Source: Isurus oxyrinchus (lineage: Eukaryota). Taken from it: a stretch of 64,000 nucleotides of DNA. Under the pieces are notes generated by a model. It was not told the DNA's origin. It saw only the letters and a program-made list of their open reading frames with translations, and searched no databases. Below are positions 36,735 to 49,592 of this stretch, piece by piece. How positions within the stretch are numbered: position 1 is the first letter of the stretch; the number at the start of each line of letters is the position of its first letter. The DNA lies in assembly GCA_026770705.1 (NCBI GenBank), contig JANJGN010000838.1, forward strand, positions 62,001 through 126,000, read 5' to 3'. A program made the position numbers and the translations under genes.

Positions 36735-39700
36735 AAACATAAAGTTGGAACAAAATGAATGAAGTCATAGCACAAATAGAGATTAATGGGTACGATAAGA
36801 TGGACACTGCAGAGAGTTGGTTGCAAGGTGACCAAGGTTGGAAATTGAAAATTGAAGGATATTTGGACTTTTTGAAAGTATAGAAAAAATGAAAAGGAGG
36901 TGGGGTAGCTCTGTTAATAAAAGATGAGACCTGTAAAATAGTGAGAAATGATCTTGGCTCAGATGTCAAGATGCACAGTCAGTTTGGGTGAATATAAGAA
37001 ATTACAAGGGAAATAAATCGCTGCTGGGTTGGTCTATACTCCCACTGACAGTAGTTACACTGCAGGGACAGATTATAAATCAATACATGCAGAGGTTTGT
37101 GTGAAAGGCACCACAATAATCATGGGAATTTTCAATCGTCATACAGATTAGGCAAATCAAATTAGCAAATGGAGCTTTCAGCGAGATTTCACAGATTGTA
37201 TTCAGGACAGTATTTTAGAACAATCCAACATAGAACCAACCAGGGAAGAGGCTGTTTTAGTCCTGGCAATATTTAATGAGACAAGAATAATTAACATTCC
37301 ATTGCAAAGGATCCTCAAGGGAAGAATAATCATACCGTGTTGAAATTTAACATTCAGTTTAGAAACTTGGGTCTTAAACTAGTGTCATAAACTTAACTAA
37401 AGGCAATTACAAGGGTTAAAAGCAGAGTCGGCACAAGTAGAGTGGGACAGCAGGTTAAAGGGGGGATGGAGGTAGATGAGGAGTAACAGGCGTCTAAAGA
37501 GATCTTTCATAAATGCCAATGACAATATTTTCCAGTAAGAAAGAAAGAATCTATAAGAAGGATGGAGCATCGGTGTCTAACTCAGGAAGCTAAGGACGGT
37601 ATCCAATTGTGAGATAAAGCCGGCAATGTTGGGATGTTTAGTGATAGGCTGGAGATTGGGAATATTTGAGAAACCAGAAAAGTGAGGGGAGAAATATAAG
37701 GAGGCAGAAATGATGATATGAGAGTAAACTAGCAAGAACCATAAACAATGACAGTGAGATGTTGTACATTAAAATAAGAGAGAAGCTCCAGTAATAATGG
37801 GACACATAGAAAATCAGACTGGGGAATTAATAATGGGAAACAAGGAAATGACAGAGACTTTCAACAAGAATTTTGTGTCTGTCTTCACAGTAAAAATCTC
37901 TAAAACCATCCCAATAGCAGGAGAAAGTCACGGTGCAACAAGGAGGGAGGAACATAAAACAATCACTATCACCAGAGAAAAAGTATTAAGAAAACTAATG
38001 AGACAGATGCTGACAAGTCCCATGGAGCAGACGGCCTGAATGTGAGGGTCTGAAAGGAAATGGCTGCAGAGACAGTGGATGCATTGGTTGTAATCTTCCG
38101 GAATTCCTTAGATTATGGGAAGGTCCCAGCGGATTGGAAAAACATAAATGAAACACATCTGTTCAATAAAGGGGGGAGGCAGAAAGCAAGAAACCACAGG
38201 TCAGTTAGTCTAATATCTGTCATTGAGAAAATACCAGAATTCATTATGAAGGAGGGAGCAGCAGGACATTTAGAAAACCATAATTCAATCAGACAGAGTC
38301 AACATGGGTTTGTGAAAGGGATATCATGTTTGAAAAAATAATTAGATTTCCTCGAGGATGTAACAAGTGGATTGGATAAAGGGGAAACTGTAGATGTGGT
38401 GTATTAGGGACTATGACACAGCCAAGGGTAAAGGCTGAGTTGTTCAAATCCCAGAGGGAAAATTGAAACAACTGTCGTAACCCAATCTTGCTGTTTGTAA
38501 TTTCGAGATGAAGACTTTGAATTCAGAAGGAATAAAACCACCGAGGCTTGTGGGGTTTTAATACAAAACTAAATGAAACATTTATTAATTTAACAACAAA
38601 ATTTAACACATACACATTGGCTACAAATAACTACTATAAAAACTTTTTAACAAATCCCCCAATTAATCACCCCCACGTAAATCTCTACTAAGGCAACAAT
38701 GAACCATTGACATAATATAGACACCAGGCAAAGCACATTTGACATTCCGAATTCCGAATGAGGTTCCTTTGCAAGTTGGTTGGAGGTTACAGGTTGGTTC
38801 GGTCTGAAATGCTCCTGCCTCACACACACAAACTCCTTCCTTTATATAGCTAGCTTTCCCTTTGAATGTAAATTTTCCATTGTATCACTCTGACTTCTGA
38901 ACTCCAGCTCTTCGAACAATAAACCCCCCTTTCATAGCACCAATTTCATTAGTAAGTTCAAGAAAAAACACATCTTTTTGGCTCCTTCTAACTAGGTGCA
39001 AGATTTTACCCCCGGTCTGGAATGGTTTATTCAACAATTGCTAATGAACACTTTACTGTTCTCCTCACAATTCACCCAATTAACATCTCAAAACTACTAA
39101 ACATCAAAGCACACAGACCAGCTGACTTTAATCCAATTAAGACACACACAGACACACCCCTATACATGGACTACCACTAGAATTCTATTTTAAATAATAA
39201 TTTCCAAGCACATTTTACACACAAATATATCTTCATGACATTGCATTTCCAAAAGACATTCGATAAGGAGCCACATCAAAGGATACTGCACAGGGTGAAA
39301 TTGGATGGTGTTGGGGGTGATATATTAATACGGATAGAGGACTGGCTAACTGACAGGAAACAGAGAGCCAGGATAAATGGGTGATTTTCAGCTTGATAAA
39401 CTGTAACTAGTGGAGAGCCGCAGGGATCAGTGCTGAGGCCTCAACTATTCACAATCGACATTAGTGACGTGGATGAAGAGACTGACTGTACTGTAGGCAG
39501 ATTTTCTGACTGCATGGTGAAGATAGGTAGGAAATATATAAAACAAAAACAGAATTACCTGGAAAAACTCAGCAGGTCTGGCAGCATCGGCAGAGAAGAA
39601 AAGAGTTGACGTTCCAAGTCCTCATGACCCTTCACCTGTGAGGAGGACACAAAGGGGCACAGAGGGAGATAAATAGTTTCAGTGAGGGGATAAAAAAATG

Positions 39701-39740
39701 AGTGGATGGAATATAAGGAGTGAAAATGTCAGGGTGTCCA
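36735..39740 (+). mobile_element. Degenerate CR1-type LINE ORF2, split by a solo-LTR-like insert (~38410-39240)
   Basis: VPADWK; HLFNKGGRQK; QHGFVKG; RT motif DVVY|FQK.FDK interrupted by the insert. Confidence 0.78.
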
Positions 39741-40422
39741 GCTGATCCTACTTGTTCTGTTCTTATATTCTTATACAGACACAGGGTTTACTGACAGTGC
39801 ACAGCAAAGTGCTGTTCTCTCACTTTGTTCCAACTTCCTCATTTTGTCTCACAGAGACACATCAACCCTTTCTAATTAAATACACAGAGGGAGCAGCACA
39901 GGAACAGGTCATTCAGCCCAAGCAGAGCGTGTGGGCAGTTCCTCCCCAGGCGAGCAGTCGGACAGGTCCTGGGTAAATAACGGAACGATTGGAATTCACT
40001 TCCACCACCAACACCGTCCTTTGTTGATGTTGTGACTTTATAAAGACAGATTCCAATGATTGATGCCTTTGAAAGATTTCTACTGATTATTGAGATCTGG
40101 GTGTGAGGCTCAAGTCTGTTGTACAGAACATCTTTCTAGCTCAAGGGATGAGGGAAGTGGAGTGACATGAGATTTTGGATGCCCTGAGGTGGTGAAAGGT
40201 GCTATACAAATGCAAATCCTTCAATGTTTTTCTTCCTTAAAGCCTTGTAACTCTCTGCAGAGCACCTATCATCCCACAGAGAATCAAATTAGTCAGTGAA
40301 GTCATAGTCTAAAAGGAGTTCTGATTTCTCGAGAGCTGTCGGACAAGAGGTGAGGTCTCATTAACTCCTTTCTCTTTCAGAGTTTGAGAGTGAGAAGTGA
40401 ATGGAATATCTGGGAGTGGACA

Positions 40423-40462
40423 ATGATCGGGAAATCTTACTTCATCCTGTCACTTCTCCAAG
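40423..40462 (+). CDS. Gene D signal-peptide exon (coding part)
   Basis: ATG...CAA G|gtaata, 40 nt, phase 1; MIGKSYFILSLLQ continuing into VGLS of the V exon. Confidence 0.82.
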
Positions 40463-41645
40463 GTAATATCATCGTCAGCTTGGACAGATTTATGGTAAAG
40501 AGTCTTTGTAAAGATCATTCTTATTGAGCTCTGATTGGGAACTAATTCAGCAGTGAGCCAGTGTACAAACTCATACCAAGTCCCATTCACCCATCACCCC
40601 TGTGCTCACTGATATACACTGACTCCCTGTCTGACAGCAGAATTGGAGGAGAATAGAGATCTCAGAGGGTTGTAGGGGCTGGAGACGGTTACACAATTAG
40701 GCAGGATTGTAGCAGCTAGAGCAGAATCTTAAACTTCAGGTGATGTCGAATGTTGGTCAGTGAGAGATGGGGAGTGATGGGTTGAGAAGTAAATCAGGGA
40801 AAAAAACTGGGGGATGAAATCTATCCAGGCGCTAGGATTCTGATAGCAATAACCTGAAATTTGTGTCTTTTGCTGATTTTAGACAGCATTTCCCATGAAG
40901 ACAGCACAGCAGCTCCTAGAATAGACAGGCTGTTCAGTGTCACACTTCCTGCCCATTCTCACCATGCTAGATACTTCAATCAGGGAGCAAGATAACTGAA
41001 AGAGAGAAGGGAGGCAAAGCTGTCTGTGTGTAAAACTGTCAAATATTCTGAGTTATCATGATTGATTCTGATCTGCTGCAGAGTTTAAATTTCACCGAAT
41101 CTGAGCACTTTGCAGCTCAGAGAGAGACCATTGACTCACTGCCTGAAAGGGCGGTGGAAGCAGATTCAACAGGAACTTTCAGAAGGGGAACTAGATAAAT
41201 ACTTGAAGGGAAATTTGCAGGGATGTGTGAAAGGTGCTGGAGAGGAATTGGGAAAGAGCCAGCACATGCACGATGGGTCAAATGAGCTCCTCCTGTGTTG
41301 TATCATTCAACAATCAGACAATTTTAGATCCTTATCAGCAAATCTTCAGAATCCTGCTGAAGTCACGGATATTTCAGAAGGACAGGGAACAAGAGGTTTC
41401 TGGTATCAGCGTTTCATATGGGACCCAGTTCAGTTTGAACAAATAAACAACGTCATCTTTGAAAGTCATGAACCCACCACAGCGGCACCTCCGACACATG
41501 CAGAGCTCAGGCTAGAGGCACTTTGTTAGTGTGTTTCACAGGGTCTGCTGGAGTAGGGTCAGTGCTGGGCTTGGGGACAAGTCAGTCTACAATGCTGCAT
41601 CGGAATCAACAATACAACAATATGGGGTTTGGATCAGAAATAATC

Positions 41646-41872
41646 CCTTAGACAATGAGGATCCAAAGAGATTCCTTAGACAATGAAGATCCAAAGAGAT
41701 TCCTTAGACAATGAGGATCCAAAGAGATTCCTTAGACAATGAGGATCCAAAGAGATTCCTTAGACAATGAAGATCCAAAGAGATTCCTTAGACAATGAGG
41801 ATCCAAAGAGATTCCTTAGACAATGAAGATCCAAAGAGATTCCTTAGACAATGAGCATCCAAAGAGATTTCT
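41646..41872 (+). repeat. 28-bp tandem repeat (ccttagacaatgaggatccaaagagatt) x8
   Basis: Direct reading; ~3.5 copies at the paralogous site 54217-54310. Confidence 0.92.
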
Positions 41873-42479
41873 TATTCCATTGGTTGTCTAATTGTGGTCC
41901 ATGATTTTCCAAGGGGTCCTTGGCAGAATCAAATTATCGAGCACGAGAGAGAAAAACACCGGAGAGAACGGGAAAGGTGGGTTGGGTTCATGACTTTCAA
42001 AGATGGTGTTGTTTATTTGTTCAAACTGAACTGGGCCCCACACAAAACGCTGATACCAGAAACCTCTCGTTCCCTGTTCTTCTGAAATATCCGTGACTTC
42101 AGCAGGATTCTGAAGAGTTGCTGATGGAGGAACAGACACCCAATTTTTTTTTTTGGTGAAGTTCAGTCAGGAACCAATAACATTTTGTTTCAAGTAGACG
42201 TTGTTTGAGATTCAAGACACTTGCTAAGAGAATAAGGCGACAAGATTCCATTTTTGCACAGACACCCTGGGGTCTGCCCTCGGCCCCCCCCAAAAATGAC
42301 AAATTGTGCTCCGAGCCCCCCGCGCACGTGTGAACCTCCCGAGGTCTGTGAGGACTCGGCGTTCCGGCTCTCTGCTCACGATGCACGAGGTCGGTCTGGA
42401 TCTCAGGCCAAGGTGGGATGGAGGAACACAGGGAGAACGGATACAGATACATCATTCACCAAAAGTTACACCACACATT

Positions 42480-43125
42480 AACCAGGTCAGAAAAATAGCA
42501 GTCCAAACGCTAGACTTTATTCCGAAAGGGAGTGAATTTAAAAGCAGGGAAGTGATGGAAAACCTGTATTGAACCTTGGTCAGTCTACATTGACCGTGCT
42601 GCCTGCAGTTCTGGTCACCATGTTATAAAAAGGATATAGAGACACTGGAGAGGGCGCAGAGAAGATTGACAATGATGATCCCAGAAATGTGGGGGTAAAC
42701 ATATGAGGACAGGACTGACGGGCTGGGTCTCTCTTCCCTAGAAGAGACAAGGCTGAGGGGATGACCTAATCCAGGTGTTTAAAACTGAGAAAGGTTTCGA
42801 TGGAGTGGATACAGAGAGAGTATTTCCTCTTGTTGGGAGAGGAGACGAGAACTAGGGGCCCTCAATATGAGATCATCACTGATAAACCCAATGGGGAATT
42901 CCGGAGAAACGTCTTTACCCAGAGAGTGGGGAGAATGTGGAACTCGCTCCCACAGGGAGTGGCTGGGGTGAATAGTATTGATGTATTTAAGACGGAACCT
43001 GGATTAACACATGAGGGAGAAAGGACCATAGGGGTATGATGGTAGGTTTAGAGGAAAGTTTTTAGTTGACTGGGTAGACAGAGAATATTTCCCCTTGTGG
43101 GGAGGAGAATAACTAGAGGCCGAGT
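42480..43125 (+). mobile_element. CR1-type LINE 3' fragments
   Basis: EFRRNVFTQRVGRMWNSLPQGV. Confidence 0.72.
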
Positions 43126-43584
43126 GATTGGTGATTCCTTAAACATTGAAGAGAGAATGAACACCAATCAGATTGAATCAGATTAGCCAATCAGCTGTGT
43201 TGAAGAGCAGACAGGAATGTTAGGCTAATTAGTGATTCATGACGGTGATAATGGGGGGAGTTCTGAGGGCTCCTAATCCATTGTCCTGTCTTGTAAATCA
43301 GCACTGAATGGATCTCAATTGGTGTGTCTTGTAGACACTGTGTTGGGACGAAGACTAGCTTCACTAAACAGGGTCCTGAGGACCATGAGCCAATGTAGAA
43401 TGAACTTGTCCACTCCTGTGTCCAGGATTCTCTACCATCCATTGTGAAACCTTGGGGAGTTCCTTGTGTGTCCTGTAGATGGTCCACACTGCAGCCACTG
43501 TGCCCCAGTGATGGAGGGGGTGGATATCGAGTCTAGTGGATCTACAAACTATCCAGGGTTAAATATTGATATTTCTCTCCCCAG

Positions 43585-43953
43585 TTGGACTGTCACAAAA
43601 GTGGAAAGGTGACACTCCACGAGAGGTGTCAGCGCAGGAAGGTTCCTGTGTACAGATTCCATGTCATTACAGTTATCCAGCAAAATCTGAAAACCGACCG
43701 CGAGGTGGACTCTGGTTTAATAATGAGGAACAGATTCCCTGGGCTCCCATTGCCTTTCACTCCAAGGATCACAGTCACGAGTTACCACGGTTCCACCATC
43801 GGACCCGGCTGTCAGGAGACCTGCAAGATGGCGACAGTTCCCTGATTATAAACAACATCAGACGGGAAGATGCAGGACCTTATTTTTTCAGAATAGAATT
43901 TGACAATGGTCCGAGCCATAACTATTACCCTGTAACCCAGCTTCACGTTTCTG
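43585..43953 (+). CDS. Gene D Siglec V-set exon (Arg present; E-strand Cys replaced by Ser)
   Basis: ccccag|TT...TCT G|gtaagt, 369 nt; GSCVQIPC..DGDSSL..YFFRIE. Confidence 0.92.
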
Positions 43954-44353
43954 GTAAGTGCTGTGTTATAATTACTCAACAATTCACATCCAACACTCAA
44001 TGGGAAATAACACAAACTGTGACGTTTACATATTAACACAAAACACAGCTTATTATAACACACTGTCTGATTCTCAATAACCTCGTGATAGCTTCCAGAT
44101 CAGTCCTAAAGCAACCTCTAATACTCACTTTAATATCAATGATGAAATGCATTGACTGTGTCCATTAATGTTATCAGGTTATCCATTCTCATCGATCTCT
44201 CTAATCCAGTTTAAAAGTCTTTCCTGATCATTGTAACCTCTCAGTTCTGACATCATCCTTGTAAAAGTGCTTTCTCTTGTGGGACTGTGGTTTCTATTTG
44301 AACTGATGCTTCACGTTATATTTCTCTAAAAGGATCCATTCTCTGTCTGTTAG

Positions 44354-44650
44354 ATTTCACAGATAAACCCAAGATATTCCCTGCTGAAATTATTGCAGGA
44401 AAGCGTGTGGATGTAAGCTGCACCTTCAACACAACGTGCAATGGAACAGCAGCACCTGTCTTAACCTGGGACACTCCCACTGACGTACCTGGATCTGTCT
44501 CAAACACTGTAACTCAGCATGGTGTCACTCTGACCTATACTTCTGTTCTGACCCTGACCCCGTCACTCAAACACCATGGACACACTCTCAGCTGCAGAGT
44601 GAGATATCCATCTGTTTCATCGGAGCGGACCCTCGTACTAACTGTGCAAG
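44354..44650 (+). CDS. Gene D C2 exon 1 (Siglec domain-2 type)
   Basis: 297 nt, phase 1-1, near-identical to 28179-28475. Confidence 0.9.
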
Positions 44651-44659
44651 GTAAGTATG

Positions 44660-46075
44660 GACATCCAGTGTCTGGTGAGATAGTTGATACATTGGTTTTC
44701 ATCTTCCAAAACTCCCTAGATTGAGGGAAGGTCCCATTAGATTGGAAGATAGGAAATGTAGCTCCATTATTCAAAAAGAGAGGGAGACAGAAATTGGGCA
44801 ACTATAGGTTTAACATCTGTCATAGGGAAATTGTTAGGAGCTATTATTAAAGACGTTATAGCAGGGCACTCCAATAAGCTCAATGTCATCAGGCATAGTC
44901 AACATTGTTTTGTGACAGGGCAATTGCATTTAGCCAACTTATTGGATTTCTTTGAGGAAGTAACATGTGAATAAAGGGGAACTGGTGGATGTACTGTACC
45001 TATACATCCAGGAGGCATTGGATAAAGTGCCACATCACAGGTTATTGTGGATAATAAAAGCTCATTATGTAGAGGCTAACATTTCGGCATGGTTAGAAGA
45101 TTGGCTAGCTAGCAGGAAGCAGCGAGTAGGCATAAATGGGTCTTTTTCAGGTTGGCAGAATGTGAGGATTGATGTGCCACAGGGGTCAGTGCTGGGACCA
45201 CAACAGTTATCAATTTCTGTAAATCATTTTGATGAAGGGATTGTTGGGATGGTAACTAAATTTGCTGATGATACAGGGATATGAAATGGTCCATTTTGAC
45301 AGGAGAAATGAAAGAGAAGCATGTTATCTAAGTGGTGAGAGATTGCATTGTTCTGAAGTGCAGAGGGATCTGGGTGTTCCAGTGCATGAATCATAAAAGG
45401 CCAATATCCAGGTTCAGCAAATAACTAGGAAAGCTAATAATACGTTATCATTGATTGTGAGGGGGAATTGAATACAAAAGTAGGGAGGCTACACTTCAGT
45501 TGTACAGGGAACTGCTGAGACCACATTAGGAGTACTGTGTACAGTATTGGTCCCCTTATTTAAGGAAGGATGTAAATGCGTTGGAAGCAGTTCAGAGAAG
45601 GTTGACCAGACCAATACCTGGAATGGGTGGGTTTGTCTGATGAGGAAAGGCTGGACAGACTAGGATTGGATCAGCTGGAGTTGAGAAGAGTAAGAGGCGA
45701 CTTGATTGAAACATGTAAGATCCTGAGGGGTCTTGACAGGGTGGGTGTGGAGAGGGAGTTTCCTCTTATGGAAGAATCTAGAACTAGGGGTGACTGATTA
45801 AAAGTAACGGGACGTACATTTAAGAGAGAGATGAGATGAAATTGTTTTCTATCAGGGTTTGTGAGTCTTTGGAACTCTCTTCCTGAAATGATGGGAGAAA
45901 CAGGGTCTTCAGATATTTTTAAAGCAGAGCAGCACAGATCCTTGGTCAGCAAGGGGGTGAGAGGTGATCGGGGGTGGATGGGATGCAGATTTCAGGTTAA
46001 TATCAGATCAGCCAAGATCTTATTAAATGATGGACCAGCCTCAAGGGGCTGAATGGCCTACTCCTGCTCCTTGTT
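44660..46075 (+). mobile_element. CR1-type LINE 3' half (RT)
   Basis: GELVDVLYL..ALDKVPH; VPQGSVLGP; KFADDT. Confidence 0.85.
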
Positions 46076-46174
46076 TACCTATTCTACATCAGCTGTGATA
46101 GTCATGACTTTGCACAGCAAGATCCCACAAACTGCTCTCTGTTTAGCAACAGATCACCTATCTGATAAAAATTC

Positions 46175-47232
46175 ACCTCTGACAGTGCAGCACTCTCTCA
46201 GAACTGACACTCCAACAGTTCAGCACCACCTCTCCACTGACCCTCTGACAATGTAGCGCTCCCTCAGTACTGACCCTCCAACAGTTCAGCACCATCTCTC
46301 TACTGACCCTCTGACAATGCATCACTCCCTCAGTACTGACCACCTGACAGTGCAGTGCTCCCGCAGCACTGACCCACCGACAATGCTGCAATCCCTAGGT
46401 ACTGACCCTCCGACAGTGCAGCACTCCCTCAGTACTGAGAGTCAGTACTGCGGGAGTGCTGCACTGTCGGACGGTCAGTACTGAGGGAGTGCTGCACTGT
46501 CAGAGGGCAGTACTGAGAGAGTGCCACACTGTCAGAGTGTCAGTACTGAGGGAGTGCTGCACTGTCAGAGGGTCAGTACTGAGGGAGTGCTGCACTTCGG
46601 AGGGTGAATACTGAGGGAGTGCTGCACTGTCAGAGGGTCATTACTGAGGGATTGCTGCAATGTCAGAGGGTCATTACTGAGGGAGTGCTGCACTGTCGGA
46701 GGGTCAGTATTGAGGGAGTGCTGCACTGTCGGAGGGTGAATACTGAGGGAGTGCTGCACTGTCGGAGGGTGAATACTGAGGGAGTGCTGCACTGTCATCG
46801 GGTCAGTACTGAGGGAGTGCTGAACTTTCAGAGGGTCAGTACTGAGGGGGTGCTGCACTGTTGGAGGGTGAGTACTGAGGTGGTGCTGCACCATTGGGGG
46901 TTCAGTACTGACGGAGTGCTGCACTGTCACCGGGTCAGTACTGAGGGAGTGCTGCACTGTCAGAGGGTCAGTACTGAGGGCTGCTGCACTGTCAGAGGGT
47001 CAGTACTGAGGGAGTGCTACACTGTCAGAGGGTGAGTACTGAGGGAGTGCTGCACTGTCAGAGGGTCAGTACTGATGGAGTGCTGCACTGTCAGAGGGTC
47101 AGTACTGATGGAGTGCTGTACTGTCGGAGGGTCAGTACTGAGGGAGTGCTGCACCGTCGGAGGGTGAGTACTGAGGGGGTGCTGCACCTTTGGGGGGTCA
47201 GTATTGAGGGAGTGCTGCACCGTTGGGGGGGT
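46175..47232. repeat. 33-bp minisatellite as two oppositely oriented arrays meeting at ~46438
   Basis: + units 46175-46437, - units 46440-47232. Confidence 0.88.
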
Positions 47233-47882
47233 CATTGCCGAGTGAGTGCTGCTCTGTCTGAGAATTATCACTTGTATCAAAATGTTTTTAACTTTACTGT
47301 TGTTCCCACTTCAGCTGCAACTGCTCCACATCCCCATGTGTTAACTGGAGCATGTCAGCCTGGAGTTACGTGGAATTGCAGAGCAGAATCTGCTCTCACA
47401 CATTGAAGCTGGCAATCGCTAAGTGTCCCTCAGTGATGATGTTTTCTGATGGAATGAAACTTGGCAAAGCCGTGGGTAGTGATAAGGAGAGATTGGGCAT
47501 GAGAGGGGCAGGATCAGGGTGAGGTGGGCAGACACATGGCTGATGCAGTTCAGCGCAGTGTCGTGTGAAGTGACGCACTTTGTCAGGATGAATACAGACA
47601 GATATTGGACAGTAATGATTTGGACAGGTGTAGGTGAGCAGAGACCTGGGCGTCTCTCTGCACACATTCTGAAAGATTAAAGGACAACTTGTTGAGGTGA
47701 TGAAGAAAGAAAATGTCTTCCTTGTGTTAACAGACTGAGGAACCGAGTTAAAAGCAAAGAGATCATGCGGGAACTTTATAAATCACTGGTTAGAACTCAG
47801 CTGGAATATTGTTCAGAACGCTGGGCCTCCACACTTCAGGAAAGATGTAAGAGCTTCAGACAGGGTGTCCAAGAGGACAAAA

Positions 47883-48235
47883 CAGTAAAAACTGGGACAT
47901 AAGAGTCCTGCTCCAAACTGGTCTTGTATAGCTTAACGTATAACACCAGTAAAACTGGGAAATAAGAGTACTGCTCCAAACTGGTCTTGTATAGCTTAAT
48001 ATAAAACACCAGTAAAACTGGGAAATAAGAGTCCTGGTCCAAACTGGTCTTGTATAGCTTAATATAGAACACCAGTAAAACTGGGAAATAAGAGTCCTGG
48101 TCCAAACTGGTCTTGCATAGCTTAATATAGAACAACAGTAAAACTGGGAAATAAGATTACTGGTCCAAACTAGTCTTGTATAGAATAATATAGAACACCA
48201 GTAAAACTGCGAGATAAGAGTACTGATCTGAACTG
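47883..48235 (+). repeat. 63-bp tandem repeat, ~5.5 copies
   Basis: cagtaaaactgggaaataagag...ttaatatagaacac units starting 47883, 47947, 48010, 48073, 48136, 48199. Confidence 0.88.
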
Positions 48236-48249
48236 ATTTTTTGCTTCTG

Positions 48250-48720
48250 GGTGGAGAAGAGATTGAGCAGAAGGGGTCCAGGGATGAAGGATTTTAGCTA
48301 CAAGGTTGGGTTGGAGAAGCTGGGGTTGTTCTCCTTGGAACAAAGGAGATTGAGGGGGGATCTGATCGAGGTGTACAAGATGATGATGGGTTTAGATACG
48401 ATAGACAAAGAGAAGCTATTGCCATTAGCTGATGGTACAAGGACTGGGGGACACAGATTGAAGGTTTTGTGCAGAGGGAGTGATGTGAGGAGGAACTTTT
48501 TTATAGAGTGAGTGGTAATGAGCTGGAACTCGCTGCCTACGAGGATGGTGGAAGTGGAGACGATGAACGATTTCAAAAGGAAATTGGACGGACACTTGGA
48601 AATAAACTTGCAGGGATACGAGGACAGAGCGGGGGGAATGGGACTGAGTGGATTGCTCTACAGAGAAACAGCATGAACTGGATGGGCCAATGGCCTCCTT
48701 CTGTGTTCTGAGTGTCTGTG
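48250..48720 (+). mobile_element. CR1-type LINE 3' fragment
   Basis: LEKLGLFSLEQRRLRGDLIEVYK; near-identical inverted copy at ~59815-60300. Confidence 0.85.
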
Positions 48721-48796
48721 ACCCTATTGAAAAATCAGAGGACAAATCCAAATTGTTTTCTGCTTGTCAGTTAACATCTGGAACTTTCTATTCCAG

Positions 48797-49084
48797 TTGC
48801 TCCAGATAAGCCAGTTATTGTGCTCCTGAAGGATTTACAGGAGGGGACTCCTGCACATATCATCTGTAAATGCCTCTACACCTGCCCTGATAACCACCCC
48901 AATCTAACCTGGAGTGAATTGCTGACTTCCTCGGTCAGCACCATCACAGAGAACGGTGGTGATGTTTCCGCTCCACTGACCTTTAACCCTTCGTTCAAGC
49001 ATCATGGACGAACTCTCTGCTGTACGTGTGACTACTCTCAAACCAGCCATCGAGTGGTCAACTCAGTTACTCTGAGTGTAAAGT
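48797..49084 (+). CDS. Gene D C2 exon 2 (a second domain-2-like, Cys-rich domain)
   Basis: ttccag|TT...AAG T|gtaagt, 288 nt; APDKPVI..ICKCLYTCPDNHPNLTW..FKHHGRTLCCTCDY. Confidence 0.85.
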
Positions 49085-49592
49085 GTAAGTATTGGTTAGA
49101 ACATCCTGCTTGTGATGGAGGGGGAGTCAGTCTCCTACTAAATCAGGCATTGGAGAAGGTGCAAGTGGGATTGACAAGGATGATTCCAGAACTGAGAGGT
49201 TATAACTATCAGGAAAGACTGAACAAGCTGGGCTTCTTTTCTCTAGAAAAGAGAAGGCTGAGGGGGTGACCTGATCGAGGTCCTTAAAATGGTGAAAGGG
49301 TTTCGATAGGGTAGATGTGGAGAAGATGCCTCCACTTGTCGGAGTGACGAAGAGTTAGGGGCCATCAATATAAGATCATCACTAATAAAATGGTGCACAC
49401 TGCAAACAATGTGCGTTCATGGTGGAGGGAGTGAATGTTGAAGATGGTGGGTGGGATGCCAATCAATCGGGCTGCGTTGTCCTGGATGGTGTCGAGCTTC
49501 TTGAGTGTTGTTGGAGCTGCACTCATCCCGGCAACTGGAGAGAATTCCATCACACTCAGTGTTTAATGTGTTGATAATTTTGTATTTGAAAG

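Noticed and set aside
41646-41872. 28-, 24-, 33- and 63-bp repeats as CRISPR arrays
   Set aside because: Head-to-tail units with no unique spacers, no cas genes, vertebrate intronic context
23409-43953. V exons as rearranging Ig/TCR V segments
   Set aside because: Each V exon includes its G strand and ends in a GT donor; I saw no heptamer/nonamer RSS abutting them; YxC is replaced by the Siglec YxFR; no D/J segments
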